A stretch of 64,000 nucleotides of DNA from an uncultured Bacteroidaceae bacterium (GCA_963752525.1 CAVVYS010000025.1:4868-68867); one strand, 5' to 3'. Shown: positions 37,354 through 46,781, counted from the first letter of the stretch. Notes: generated from the letters alone by a model not told the origin. Translations and numbers: made by a program.

Positions 37354-39000
37354 CTATTCTTTAATGATATACAATTGATTCCGTTTAACTGAGGTAGCCG
37401 CATAAACCGGACCATCACAGGGCATGGTGACCAGGATATCCACCTTCCTGTCGTTGGGCAATCCGAAATGAGCGATGGCCTCATAGCCTGAGCTGTAGCC
37501 ATTGGCAATTGATATGATCTTCGTTCCCAGGCGGTCCTCTGCAAATCCTAGTCGACCTTCCCTGAAGATCTCCACCTTCGCTCCAATGCCATTGCGATTG
37601 GGACCGTCCTTGAGGTCAAGGCGGATGTTAATGTAGTGCTCAGCTCCGGAAGTAACATTCCGCAGCAGCGGAGAAGCATCCACCGGTAACCATTCCGGTC
37701 CGAAAAAATCAATCCTTCCATCCCTGTCATAATCGGCAAAGGAACCACCAGCATAGTATGTGATGCCACAATCATATCCTGAACTAAGGGGTGGATCAAA
37801 ACCGGGCAAACCATTAACCATACCAGCATTCCTGTATACAAAGGCGCTACATCTGACGGTCAATATATCCAATTTTCCATCATTATCTGCATCTTCGATT
37901 TGCATGTGGATGAGCCTTCCATCTGGATGTTCCAGACCGATCTCATCCGAAATATCGCGTATGATGGGATCTCCATTCTCGTCATTTCCCTCATTCAGGA
38001 ATACAAAAAGGTGATGGTCCTTTGCATCAAAACTGAAATGGTCCCCAACAATAAAATCCAAATCACCGTCATTATCGATATCTCCAGTATTGGCTCCACA
38101 AGTCCAGTTCAAATTTACGGTTGAGGGTGCGGCAATCTCATCTGGAACGATATGGTATTCTTTTTCATGGAATGTCCCGTCCCGGTTATTAATAAACATC
38201 CGGCAACTGTGGGCAAAAAATACATCCGGCCAGGTATCCCCATTGATATCATCAGCATATCCGCCCAGACCATACAAGCCAGTCTGGTATCCCGTTGGGA
38301 AACCAGCTTCTTCGGTGACATCTTCAAACCTGAGATCACCCATGTTTTTCATCAGTCTCGAGTTGCCCCCGGAGATATCTCCAAGTACAAAATCTTCCTG
38401 CATGAACAGGTCCAGCAATCCGTCTCCATCGTAATCCAGCACGAATGTGCTCCGGCCAAGAAAAGGATATCCAAGATCCAATCCTGACTGTTTGGCAATA
38501 TTGCTTAGATTCCCCTCACCATCATTTTCAAAGAACATATTTTTCTGAATCGCTGACCTTGGCAGGTCACCTGGCCAGACCCTGAGGTGAGCCTGGTGTG
38601 ACAGGACCAGGTCCAGGTCACCGTCATTATCAAAATCTGCAAAAGCTCCGCCGGAGTTTTTGCCACGGACCCTGACGGGACTGTCCAACACCTCTTTAAA
38701 GGTTCCATCCCCCTGGTTAATAAAGATCTTATTGGGTTCGGGTCCGCCGCTATGCCCCCTCACATCATACACAGAATCGTAAAAATGGGTAAATGTCCCA
38801 ACCACCAGGTCCGGATAGCCATCTCCGTTCACATCCCCCCAAACCGCATTATGTCCCGCCATTCCTTTCAGGGGTTCTACCAGTCCCGCATCAGCTGTCT
38901 TATCCTCAAAGATGATTGGTCCAGGTGGACCGGGCAAGCCAGAACATCCTGCAAGCAGAAAAAGGAAAACCATCTGAATTAAATGCTTATAAAAGGCCAT
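37354..39000 (-). CDS. FG-GAP/VCBS + ASPIC/UnbV (CRTAC1-like) propeller, paralogue 4 (lipoprotein)
   Basis: Lipobox (LLAGCS). Loops DFDNDGDLDLV, DYDGDGLLDLF, DIDNDGDLDFI, DADNDGKLDIL, DYDRDGRIDFF. Tail NRNGIGAKVEIF...ANGYSSGYEAIAHFG. Confidence 0.85.
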   Translation of the reverse strand: MAFYKHLIQMVFLFLLAGCSGLPGPPGPIIFEDKTADAGLVEPLKGMAGHNAVWGDVNGDGYPDLVVGTFTHFYDSVYDVRGHSGGPEPNKIFINQGDGTFKEVLDSPVRVRGKNSGGAFADFDNDGDLDLVLSHQAHLRVWPGDLPRSAIQKNMFFENDGEGNLSNIAKQSGLDLGYPFLGRSTFVLDYDGDGLLDLFMQEDFVLGDISGGNSRLMKNMGDLRFEDVTEEAGFPTGYQTGLYGLGGYADDINGDTWPDVFFAHSCRMFINNRDGTFHEKEYHIVPDEIAAPSTVNLNWTCGANTGDIDNDGDLDFIVGDHFSFDAKDHHLFVFLNEGNDENGDPIIRDISDEIGLEHPDGRLIHMQIEDADNDGKLDILTVRCSAFVYRNAGMVNGLPGFDPPLSSGYDCGITYYAGGSFADYDRDGRIDFFGPEWLPVDASPLLRNVTSGAEHYINIRLDLKDGPNRNGIGAKVEIFREGRLGFAEDRLGTKIISIANGYSSGYEAIAHFGLPNDRKVDILVTMPCDGPVYAATSVKRNQLYIIKE

Positions 39001-39026
39001 TTTGTATCTGGGTAATAATAATTTCC

Positions 39027-40649
39027 TTAATCCTTAATGGTGATCATTTGCCTGCGCTTTACTCCTTGCCTGGTATATACCTTCCCTCCTGCGGGCATGG
39101 TCATCCGGATATCGACTGTTTTATCCTTCGGTACGCCGAAATAGGCGATGGCCTCCGTACCTGAACTGTACCCGTTGGATACCGAAATGATACGAGTACC
39201 TATCAGGCCTTCTATTTTACCGAGCATTCCGGCTTTATAAACCTCTACCCTGGCACCTATACCGTTACGGTTTGGACTGTCTTTCAATTCAGGTTTGACG
39301 GCAATGTATTTTCCAGCACCCTTGCTTACATTTCGCAGCAAAGGCGATGCATAAGCCGGTTCCCAGTCCGGTCCTATGAAATCCAGTCTTCCGTCACGGT
39401 CATAATCTCCCAGGGGACCGGCAGCCCAGTATCCAATACCTCCCACATAACCTGTTCCTACTGGCTTTCCAAAACGAGGAATGCCATCCGCAATACCTTC
39501 ATTGCGGTAGACAAATTTGTCACATACAGCCGTCATGATATCAACCTTCCCATCGTTATCAATATCCTGTAGTTCAATATGCGGGGCCCTCGTATCTGAT
39601 TTTTCTATCCCTGCTTCAAAAGTTATATCCCTGAAAATGGGATCCCCATTCTCATCATTCCCCTCGTTTAGTATAATATAAATATGATGGTTTGTAGTGT
39701 CCAGATGACTGATATGGTCTCCAATTACAAAATCCATATCCCCGTCATTATCAAGGTCTCCCAGGTCTGCCCCGCAGGTCCAGTCAGGGTTCACCGTGGC
39801 TGGTTCCCTCGTGGCCGGATCGACCAGGTCATATTCTTTTTCATGGAAGGTACCATCTCGATTATTGATGAACATCCGGCAACTGTGAGCAAAAAATACA
39901 TCGGGCCAGTTATCGCCATTAATATCAGCCGTAAACCCCCCGAGTCCATAGAGCCCTTCCCTAAATCCATGCGGGAACCCGGCCTCTTCCGTAACGTCTT
40001 TGAATTTCAGATCACCCATATTTTTCATCAAACGCGAATTCGATCCCCCTTTGTCCGCCAGTACCCAGTCCTCCTGCATGAAGATATCAAGCAGGCCATC
40101 CCCGTCGAAATCAAATACCATGGTTGAACGGCCCAGGAATGGAGCATCAAAATAGAGATTGGATTGTTCCGTCACATCTGTGAAATTGCCATTACCATCA
40201 TTTTCATAAAGGAAATTACCGAGCTTTCCATAGGGTATGTCAATATGGTGCTGATGAGAAATTACCAGATCAAGGTCCCCATCATTATCAAAATCGGCAA
40301 AAGCAGCCCCGGAGTTCCAGGATTTCACTCGGATCGGGGATTCCATTACCTCAGTGAAAGTCCCGTCCCCCTTATTGAGCAATAACTTATTCGGGGATTC
40401 ACCACCAGTATGTCCACGAACATTCCAATCCGTCTTACTGTATATGGCAAAAGTCCCGTAAAACAGGTCAGGATAACCATTTCCGGTGACATCTCCCCAG
40501 GCGGCCCCGTGGCCTTTCATGCCCCGGAGGGGCTCTAAAAGCCCTGCTTTTTTTGTAACGTCTTTGAATTTAATCTGGCCATATAAGGATCCGCTTGCCA
40601 ACAGGATCAGGCAGCAGGATATTATCAGGATTTTTTTAATTGCTTTCAT
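39027..40649 (-). CDS. FG-GAP/VCBS + ASPIC/UnbV (CRTAC1-like) propeller, paralogue 5
   Basis: Signal peptide. It shares long identical runs with paralogue 4 (NSRLMKNMGDL, DVTEEAGFP, WPDVFFAHSCRMFINNRDGTFHEKEY). Confidence 0.85.
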   Translation of the reverse strand: MKAIKKILIISCCLILLASGSLYGQIKFKDVTKKAGLLEPLRGMKGHGAAWGDVTGNGYPDLFYGTFAIYSKTDWNVRGHTGGESPNKLLLNKGDGTFTEVMESPIRVKSWNSGAAFADFDNDGDLDLVISHQHHIDIPYGKLGNFLYENDGNGNFTDVTEQSNLYFDAPFLGRSTMVFDFDGDGLLDIFMQEDWVLADKGGSNSRLMKNMGDLKFKDVTEEAGFPHGFREGLYGLGGFTADINGDNWPDVFFAHSCRMFINNRDGTFHEKEYDLVDPATREPATVNPDWTCGADLGDLDNDGDMDFVIGDHISHLDTTNHHIYIILNEGNDENGDPIFRDITFEAGIEKSDTRAPHIELQDIDNDGKVDIMTAVCDKFVYRNEGIADGIPRFGKPVGTGYVGGIGYWAAGPLGDYDRDGRLDFIGPDWEPAYASPLLRNVSKGAGKYIAVKPELKDSPNRNGIGARVEVYKAGMLGKIEGLIGTRIISVSNGYSSGTEAIAYFGVPKDKTVDIRMTMPAGGKVYTRQGVKRRQMITIKD

Positions 40650-40660
40650 TAGGAAAGAAA

Positions 40661-42103
40661 TTATTTTTTTTCTGTTTCTGCCACAGCAAAAAACTCACCC
40701 CGATTTACCAGCTTATAGATCCGCTCACCGGGATAATCGGAGAATAGGATCTGCATGGATGCTTCCCTGTAGTTTTTAACATACCAACTTCCCATGATAT
40801 ATACATTTCCTTTATCATCGGCTGCAAGTGAATTGATCATGCGCGGTTTTCTCCCATCCTGGTCTACAATGGCACCGTGATCAATGATGGTATTGTTCCC
40901 ATCAGACTTGATGGAAACACTCCTGATGTGCAGGTTATCATTGAATCCCAATGCTGCAGGATCCTTTTCCCTGTTTGCTTCAGCACTCTGAACCCGCTGG
41001 TCATCAACAGATGCATACTGAACAAAGTAAACCCTATCGCCACCGAGGGCAGTCTCAAGAAAGGTGGAACCAATGGATGCTATGGGTTGAAATGCTTTGC
41101 CTGTTTTAATGTCCTTCGACGGATCAAAAATCCATAGGCGCTCATCACCTCCACCCCAATTCCCCATAGTAAAGAGGCATTTTTCTCTACCTGGAAGGGC
41201 CTGTGCCCATGTCCATGCACGGCTGCCTAACAATTTCTTGTCGGTAACAGGAGTCCCGTCAATCATTACGCCTCTCGGGAGTACATCTTCATATGTTTCA
41301 ATTTTCCCGGTTTTGAAGCGGTAGCAATAGAGATTGCCTTGATCATGCTCATAATGTTGATGTAATTTCCACAGGTTGAACCAGCAATTGCCTTCATCAT
41401 CCACATAAAACCAGAAACATGCTCCGGTTTGTCCCTTGGTTATCTGCCCAAGTTCCTTTTTGTCACCAGATTTTATGTCAATGCTGTACAGATAACAACC
41501 CCCGGTTTTGATCAGTTCATCATGAAAGGGAGCAACAAATACATAAAGAATTTTGCGTTCCGGATCCACATTTATAGCAGAATATATAGAATACCGTGGC
41601 CTGACTATGCCAAAGTCGCGAAAATTGCCCGTGGCGAGTTCATATCCGATCACATGAGCACCTGTGTAGACATCTATCCCCTCTGGCCAGTAATTGGACA
41701 GATGTGTGGTAAAATACAGCCAGCCATCACATTCGACAATGGGACTGTGGATCTTGCCTTGCTGTGTTTCGGTATCCCCTTCCCCGCATACCAGGGTCAT
41801 ATCTTCCGCCAGCACGGTATGTTTTTTAGTTTCCGGATTATACCTATGAAACCCTGCTCCATGTCCCCTGGAATGGGTAGATGTACCAAAATAGCAGTTT
41901 CCATCAGAGGCCACGGTTATGCCCTCCCATTGCCCATCCCACTCTTTACATATCTTGTTCATGGAGAAGGACCTAACATCGCATATTTTCCCTTCATGTT
42001 CGGTTGAACCATGTTTCTGAGCTTTTATTCCTGCTGTGAAGGAATATAATAATACTGTAGAAATCAGTAAAATGCCTGCTGTCCGATTCATAAAAAATTT
42101 CAT
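40661..42103 (-). CDS. exported hypothetical protein, beta-rich/propeller-like
   Basis: 480 aa with a signal peptide. Aromatic strand-like segments recur (CDGWLYFTTH, ILYVFVAPF, CYLYSIDI, NCWFNLW, RVYFVQY, NVYIMGSWY). No family recognised. Confidence 0.6.
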   Translation of the reverse strand: MKFFMNRTAGILLISTVLLYSFTAGIKAQKHGSTEHEGKICDVRSFSMNKICKEWDGQWEGITVASDGNCYFGTSTHSRGHGAGFHRYNPETKKHTVLAEDMTLVCGEGDTETQQGKIHSPIVECDGWLYFTTHLSNYWPEGIDVYTGAHVIGYELATGNFRDFGIVRPRYSIYSAINVDPERKILYVFVAPFHDELIKTGGCYLYSIDIKSGDKKELGQITKGQTGACFWFYVDDEGNCWFNLWKLHQHYEHDQGNLYCYRFKTGKIETYEDVLPRGVMIDGTPVTDKKLLGSRAWTWAQALPGREKCLFTMGNWGGGDERLWIFDPSKDIKTGKAFQPIASIGSTFLETALGGDRVYFVQYASVDDQRVQSAEANREKDPAALGFNDNLHIRSVSIKSDGNNTIIDHGAIVDQDGRKPRMINSLAADDKGNVYIMGSWYVKNYREASMQILFSDYPGERIYKLVNRGEFFAVAETEKK

Positions 42104-42181
42104 ATTCTGTCTTCTGGTTTGTACTTATTGAAACAGTGATTCTATTGGGGGAAGTTTCTCATGCTGAGCAAATATCTCATG

Positions 42182-43591
42182 TCAGTTATTTTTCATTTCA
42201 TTGAGAATCTCCAAAACCCTTTCGACCAGGATCTCCCCTGCACCGGGTGCACACCTGGCACTGATTGGCTCATAGTTACCTTCCACGAAAGCTTTTCTGT
42301 CAGGGATATAATCAACCGAACCATTGGTCAGCTCAAGGACCATGGTATTGGTATAAGGTGATCGTTCTTTGATATAAAGGCCAAGTTCCACGAAGACTTC
42401 ACCTGGTAAGCTAACCATGGCGAAATCCCCACCCAATGTAAAAACCTGGACTTCAGCATCAATGGGCTTTCCTTTCCTTTCGGAGACATCAACAATTTTA
42501 AAGGCATTTACCATCTCCATAAAAGGGGCAGCATTCCTTTCCCCAAATTTATGTGTTATCTCCCGGGCACTTTCCACCTCATCCGCAGAAAATTGTGCCA
42601 GCGGAAGCTTGACAATTTCACTCCTGGCCTGGATCTTATCAACTTCAATAGGCTCAAGCCTGGTATAGGTTTTTATCACTTCTCCGGCAAGCACCATCCC
42701 GATGCGTTCGGCTTCAGCATGCCCTTTCTGGGGCTCTCCTGATTTCACATTTATATGGTTGATATTCCCGCAGCACCCCTGTCCGAACAGGGTGACCATG
42801 TCCTCTCCCTTCAATCCGCCAAGGATCTTTGACAAGGTATATGGCATATCGGCCGATATTTCAAGTCCGCCGGTAATATCCAGGTGCAATGCAAAATTCA
42901 CATAGGTGGATAATGGTTTACCTTTTGAAGATTCAGCATAAAGCACACCTACCTCCGGGTCAATGGGTCCTGCTGGTTTTATAATCATGGGATTCAATTT
43001 TCCTGGGTTCCAGCCAACAGTGCCATCTGTCATGAAAAACCGCCGGTTAAAACTGATGGTTTCTTCCTGCCCTTTACCAAATGAAAGGTGGGCAGGCCTT
43101 ATCCTATCATTTGCCATAACAATGCTTTCCACAATTTTGCCTGGCAGCTCCTTCATATAGTCTCTCAAAAGGTCACCCATGCTACCTTCTGTGGCATACA
43201 TATTGGTTGAGGAAAGTATAACAGGGCCTGTGTGGGAATGGGTGGCGCTGATCATGATATGATCAGCAGGTATCCCGGTGGACTTCTCTGCAAGCTGCCT
43301 GGTTTCAGCTGCCAGTTCAGCAGTTATTTCTATAATGTCACAGGAAATGATAGCCAGCTTTTCACCATTTTTTTCAATTACAAGGGTTTTGGCGTACAGG
43401 TCGTCATGGACACCCTCAGCACCCCGTTCATAATAATACCCGGCAATCGGTGTACCCATGAGTGGTGTGATCCTGACCGATGCAGTGCCAATGTTCATTA
43501 CAGCTGCCAATGCCAGGTTTGATGAGAAAGCAAACAGGATTAAACACCCTGCCTTAATTAATAAACTAAATTTGATTGATTTGAATTCCAT
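42182..43591 (-). CDS. neutral/alkaline ceramidase-like amidohydrolase (copy 2)
   Basis: The start is placed at MEFKSIKF followed by a hydrophobic leader. GVHDDLYAKTLV and ISATHSHTGP parallel copy 1 (GIHDSLYARAFV, LATHTHSGP). Confidence 0.55.
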   Translation of the reverse strand: MEFKSIKFSLLIKAGCLILFAFSSNLALAAVMNIGTASVRITPLMGTPIAGYYYERGAEGVHDDLYAKTLVIEKNGEKLAIISCDIIEITAELAAETRQLAEKSTGIPADHIMISATHSHTGPVILSSTNMYATEGSMGDLLRDYMKELPGKIVESIVMANDRIRPAHLSFGKGQEETISFNRRFFMTDGTVGWNPGKLNPMIIKPAGPIDPEVGVLYAESSKGKPLSTYVNFALHLDITGGLEISADMPYTLSKILGGLKGEDMVTLFGQGCCGNINHINVKSGEPQKGHAEAERIGMVLAGEVIKTYTRLEPIEVDKIQARSEIVKLPLAQFSADEVESAREITHKFGERNAAPFMEMVNAFKIVDVSERKGKPIDAEVQVFTLGGDFAMVSLPGEVFVELGLYIKERSPYTNTMVLELTNGSVDYIPDRKAFVEGNYEPISARCAPGAGEILVERVLEILNEMKNN

Positions 43592-43735
43592 GTTTCTGAT
43601 GCTTATGTGAAATAGTGATAATCTTACCAACTGGATATGCCTCTCCTGTGAACGTCATACAAAAAGATCAATCCGTGGATGAATGATTGTATTAAGATAT
43701 TTAAAAACTTCACAACTACAAGGGTTCCGCTTAAT

Positions 43736-45124
43736 CTATTTTGAAATTTTGAACAGTCCCGCTCCATGCATTTTTATGGGTGCAGAAAACTCCCCAGTGT
43801 AGGTTCCCAAATCTTTCCTTGCCCAGAGATCCCTTACCTTATACTCGGCATCAGCATCCAATCCTATATCTCTCATTGCCACTTTTATGTCAACTGGTGT
43901 TTTAGTTTCCCACTGGTTAAAGAAGGCCAGGTACTTATCCTCCGAATCAGAGATATCAGCAGCCCAGATAATGATGGCATTCTTGAATTTGATCTGCCTG
44001 GGGTTTAAGCATTCTCGGTTTACAGCCAGGGCTTCTTCATTGGTCAGGATTTCCAGGGTAAGCTCATCCGTCTCAGGAAGGTAGCCTCCTATCATCAGGG
44101 GCTGGCGTGCAATATACCAGAGGGTCATGAGGGTATGCAGCTCTTCCTTATTGAACCTGGATATCCTTTCATCCGGTCCCTTATAGGTGATTTTTTTTCC
44201 CAATTTCCCCACCGGAAGCATGTCCAGATCGGGCCAGAATCCTGGTTCAGCTTGTTCCACAACCCTTGCAGCAGGTTGAAAGCCTACTTTAACCATCTGC
44301 CATACATCCCAGAAATCGGCAGATATCCTTGCCATATGGCAATTTGCCTTTAGCACTTCCATGGGAAAATCATGAGGTACCAAACTCAGGACCATATCCC
44401 TTCCACTGCTTCTCAAAGCCTTGCTAATGGCTTCCAACTCAGGCTGGTTAGTTACATCATCACATTTTACAAAATCCACTCCCCATTCCGCAAACAGTTC
44501 ATAGACTGAATTATAGTATTCCTGGGATCCTGGTTTTGTCATATCCACTCCATATATCCCGTCATACCAGAGACAGCCCTTATCGGGCTGGGCGATGGTT
44601 GCGGCACCTATGTCGGTCCCCTTGATCCTCATATTCTGATCATAGGCCTGCCAGGGAATACCCCTCATCAGGTGCAACCCGAATTTGAGTCCCAGTCCAT
44701 GGATATAATCAGCCAGGGGCTTAAAACCCTTTCCTTCCATAGAGGAAGGGAATTTCACCGGGTCAGGTAAGAGCCTCCCGAAATCATCAACCGTATAATG
44801 GGGTTTATGTGGCATGGTTTCATGGGTAAAGGCTTCATAATCCGAGGCGATGGAATCTCCATACCACATCATGTCGATGACAATGTATTCGTACCCGAGA
44901 TGTTTGAGGTTTTTTGCCATATATTCTGCGGCGGCCCGCACTTCCGATTCATTGGCCCCGAAACCAAGACAATCCCAGGAATTCCATCCCATGGGTGGCT
45001 TGAGGGCAAGTGCCTTTTTAATGGGAGGCGTATCATCATCCGTACTGGTTACCGGATTTGTCCCCTGGTCAGCACAGGCAGCGATAAGGATTGCCAGGGA
45101 CAAATGGATAAGTTTGGATTTCAT
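43736..45124 (-). CDS. GH27-family alpha-galactosidase/alpha-N-acetylgalactosaminidase-like lipoprotein
   Basis: Lipobox (LIAAC). The PPMGWNSWDCLG signature and VDFVKCDD are typical GH27 motifs. 462 aa. Confidence 0.75.
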   Translation of the reverse strand: MKSKLIHLSLAILIAACADQGTNPVTSTDDDTPPIKKALALKPPMGWNSWDCLGFGANESEVRAAAEYMAKNLKHLGYEYIVIDMMWYGDSIASDYEAFTHETMPHKPHYTVDDFGRLLPDPVKFPSSMEGKGFKPLADYIHGLGLKFGLHLMRGIPWQAYDQNMRIKGTDIGAATIAQPDKGCLWYDGIYGVDMTKPGSQEYYNSVYELFAEWGVDFVKCDDVTNQPELEAISKALRSSGRDMVLSLVPHDFPMEVLKANCHMARISADFWDVWQMVKVGFQPAARVVEQAEPGFWPDLDMLPVGKLGKKITYKGPDERISRFNKEELHTLMTLWYIARQPLMIGGYLPETDELTLEILTNEEALAVNRECLNPRQIKFKNAIIIWAADISDSEDKYLAFFNQWETKTPVDIKVAMRDIGLDADAEYKVRDLWARKDLGTYTGEFSAPIKMHGAGLFKISK

Positions 45125-45298
45125 TGACTAAAATGTTTGTTGTTTTTTTTTATTCATTCAGCATTTCCGGGGTTCCATCCCACACTGCCATTTTTCATAG
45201 ATTAAAAATACCTTGATGAGTATTAAATACCTAATACTTATCCTCATATAGATGATATCTATCTATTATTATATCGGCGATGTCACAGAAAATTTAAA

Positions 45299-45306
45299 TA
45301 TTTTTG
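45299..45306 (+). promoter_or_regulatory. Bacteroidota -7 promoter box (TAnnTTTG) upstream of the GH28 gene
   Basis: TATTTTTG matches the TAnnTTTG consensus. It ends 17 nt before the ATG at 45324, inside the divergent intergenic region 45125-45323. Confidence 0.4.
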
Positions 45307-45323
45307 TTTTCAAAGCTTGAACC

Positions 45324-46781
45324 ATGTACAAAACACTCATTTCCCTAACCGTACTTTTCATTAATTTCCTGCACGTCTCGGCAGGATCTGCAAACATCCT
45401 TGACCATGGTGCTAAGGGAGATGGTGAGTTTCTGAATACCACATCCATACAGTCTGCCATAGACCAATGCTTTGAGCAGGGTGGCGGGACTGTCTATGTA
45501 CCGCCCGGAAAATTTTTAAGCGGTACCGTCATCCTGAAAAGCCATGTGAATATATACCTGGAAACGGGGGCGGTCCTGCTAGGAAGCCCTAAGATCAAAG
45601 ACTATCCTGAGATCTACCCGGAATTCCGGTCCTATACGGATGTCAATTATGTTGATAAAAGCCTTATCTATGCTGAAAAAGCGGAGAACATCAGTATTTG
45701 CGGCAGAGGTACCATTGACGGCCAGGGTGAAGAAGATGAGTTTGATCTCCCCGGAAGGGAAAATTATAAAAAAAGGCCCTACCTGATCAGGATGGTTGAA
45801 TGCAAGGATATTCATATCTCAGACATCAATATCATAAATTCGGCCATGTGGGTACAGCATTACCTGGCCTGTGATGATCTGGTAATTGAGGGTATCAGTG
45901 TAAACAGCCTGGTAAACCATAATAATGACGGAATTGATATAGATTGCTGCAAAAGGGTCAGAATCAGCAACTGCGATATTAACAGCGGTGATGACGCCAT
46001 TGTTCTGAAGGCAACTGCCCCACGGGATTGTGAACAGATTTGTATAATCAACTGCATACTGCGGAGCCAGTGCAATGCCATCAAACTGGGAACAGAATCA
46101 GTGGGGGGATTCAAAGATATACTGGTCAGCAATTGCGCGATTTACGACACCCGTCTCTCAGCCATCGCCATTGAAATGGTGGACGGGGGAACGGCCGAAA
46201 GGATACAGGTAAACAACATTTCAGCGAAGGGCGTGAGGGGAGGCATCTTTATCCGACTTGGCAACAGGGCGCGCCACCACCTGGCCCAGGGATCCGGGGG
46301 TGGCACACAGTATTTTTTTGAGGAAAATGAGAAGCTTGAAAAACCTGGTATGGGTATTTTGAGGAACATCTCCATCAGTAATTTCATGTGTACCGGTGTG
46401 GACGAAACCGCTTGCTCCATTACCGGTATTCCGGGTTTTTATATTGAGAACATCACACTCAGGGATATCTATATCAGCTATGATAACAGGGGTGATCCTG
46501 GCACCTTCAAAGCAGAGGTTCCGGAAAATGAATCTGAATACCCGGAATACAGCATGTTCGGAAAATTGCCTGCCTACGGTATCTATTCAAGGCATGTAAA
46601 GAACCTCTCCTTTAACAATGTCAGGCTTACCTATGAAAAGGACGAAGTCCGGCCCGCCCTGATCTTTGATGACGTAACAGGACTTCTCCTCTCTGACATG
46701 GACCTGATGCAACCTTTCGGGACAGGTCCAGCGGTCATATTTAAGAATACAGTTGACATCAGAAGTGACCGTGAATATTGA
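45324..46781 (+). CDS. GH28-family polygalacturonase-like glycoside hydrolase
   Basis: Signal peptide. NNDGIDID, SGDDAIVLK and CNAIKLGTES match the GH28 NTDG / G(Q)DD / RIK motif series. 485 aa. Confidence 0.85.
   Translation: MYKTLISLTVLFINFLHVSAGSANILDHGAKGDGEFLNTTSIQSAIDQCFEQGGGTVYVPPGKFLSGTVILKSHVNIYLETGAVLLGSPKIKDYPEIYPEFRSYTDVNYVDKSLIYAEKAENISICGRGTIDGQGEEDEFDLPGRENYKKRPYLIRMVECKDIHISDINIINSAMWVQHYLACDDLVIEGISVNSLVNHNNDGIDIDCCKRVRISNCDINSGDDAIVLKATAPRDCEQICIINCILRSQCNAIKLGTESVGGFKDILVSNCAIYDTRLSAIAIEMVDGGTAERIQVNNISAKGVRGGIFIRLGNRARHHLAQGSGGGTQYFFEENEKLEKPGMGILRNISISNFMCTGVDETACSITGIPGFYIENITLRDIYISYDNRGDPGTFKAEVPENESEYPEYSMFGKLPAYGIYSRHVKNLSFNNVRLTYEKDEVRPALIFDDVTGLLLSDMDLMQPFGTGPAVIFKNTVDIRSDREY

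Noticed and set aside
35700-37544. The 614-aa version of propeller paralogue 3 given in the ORF track.
   Set aside because: Its first 66 codons overlap the 3' end of the upstream paralogue (37354-39000) and read as out-of-frame noise. The ATG at 37346 gives a normal signal peptide and a length matching the other paralogues.
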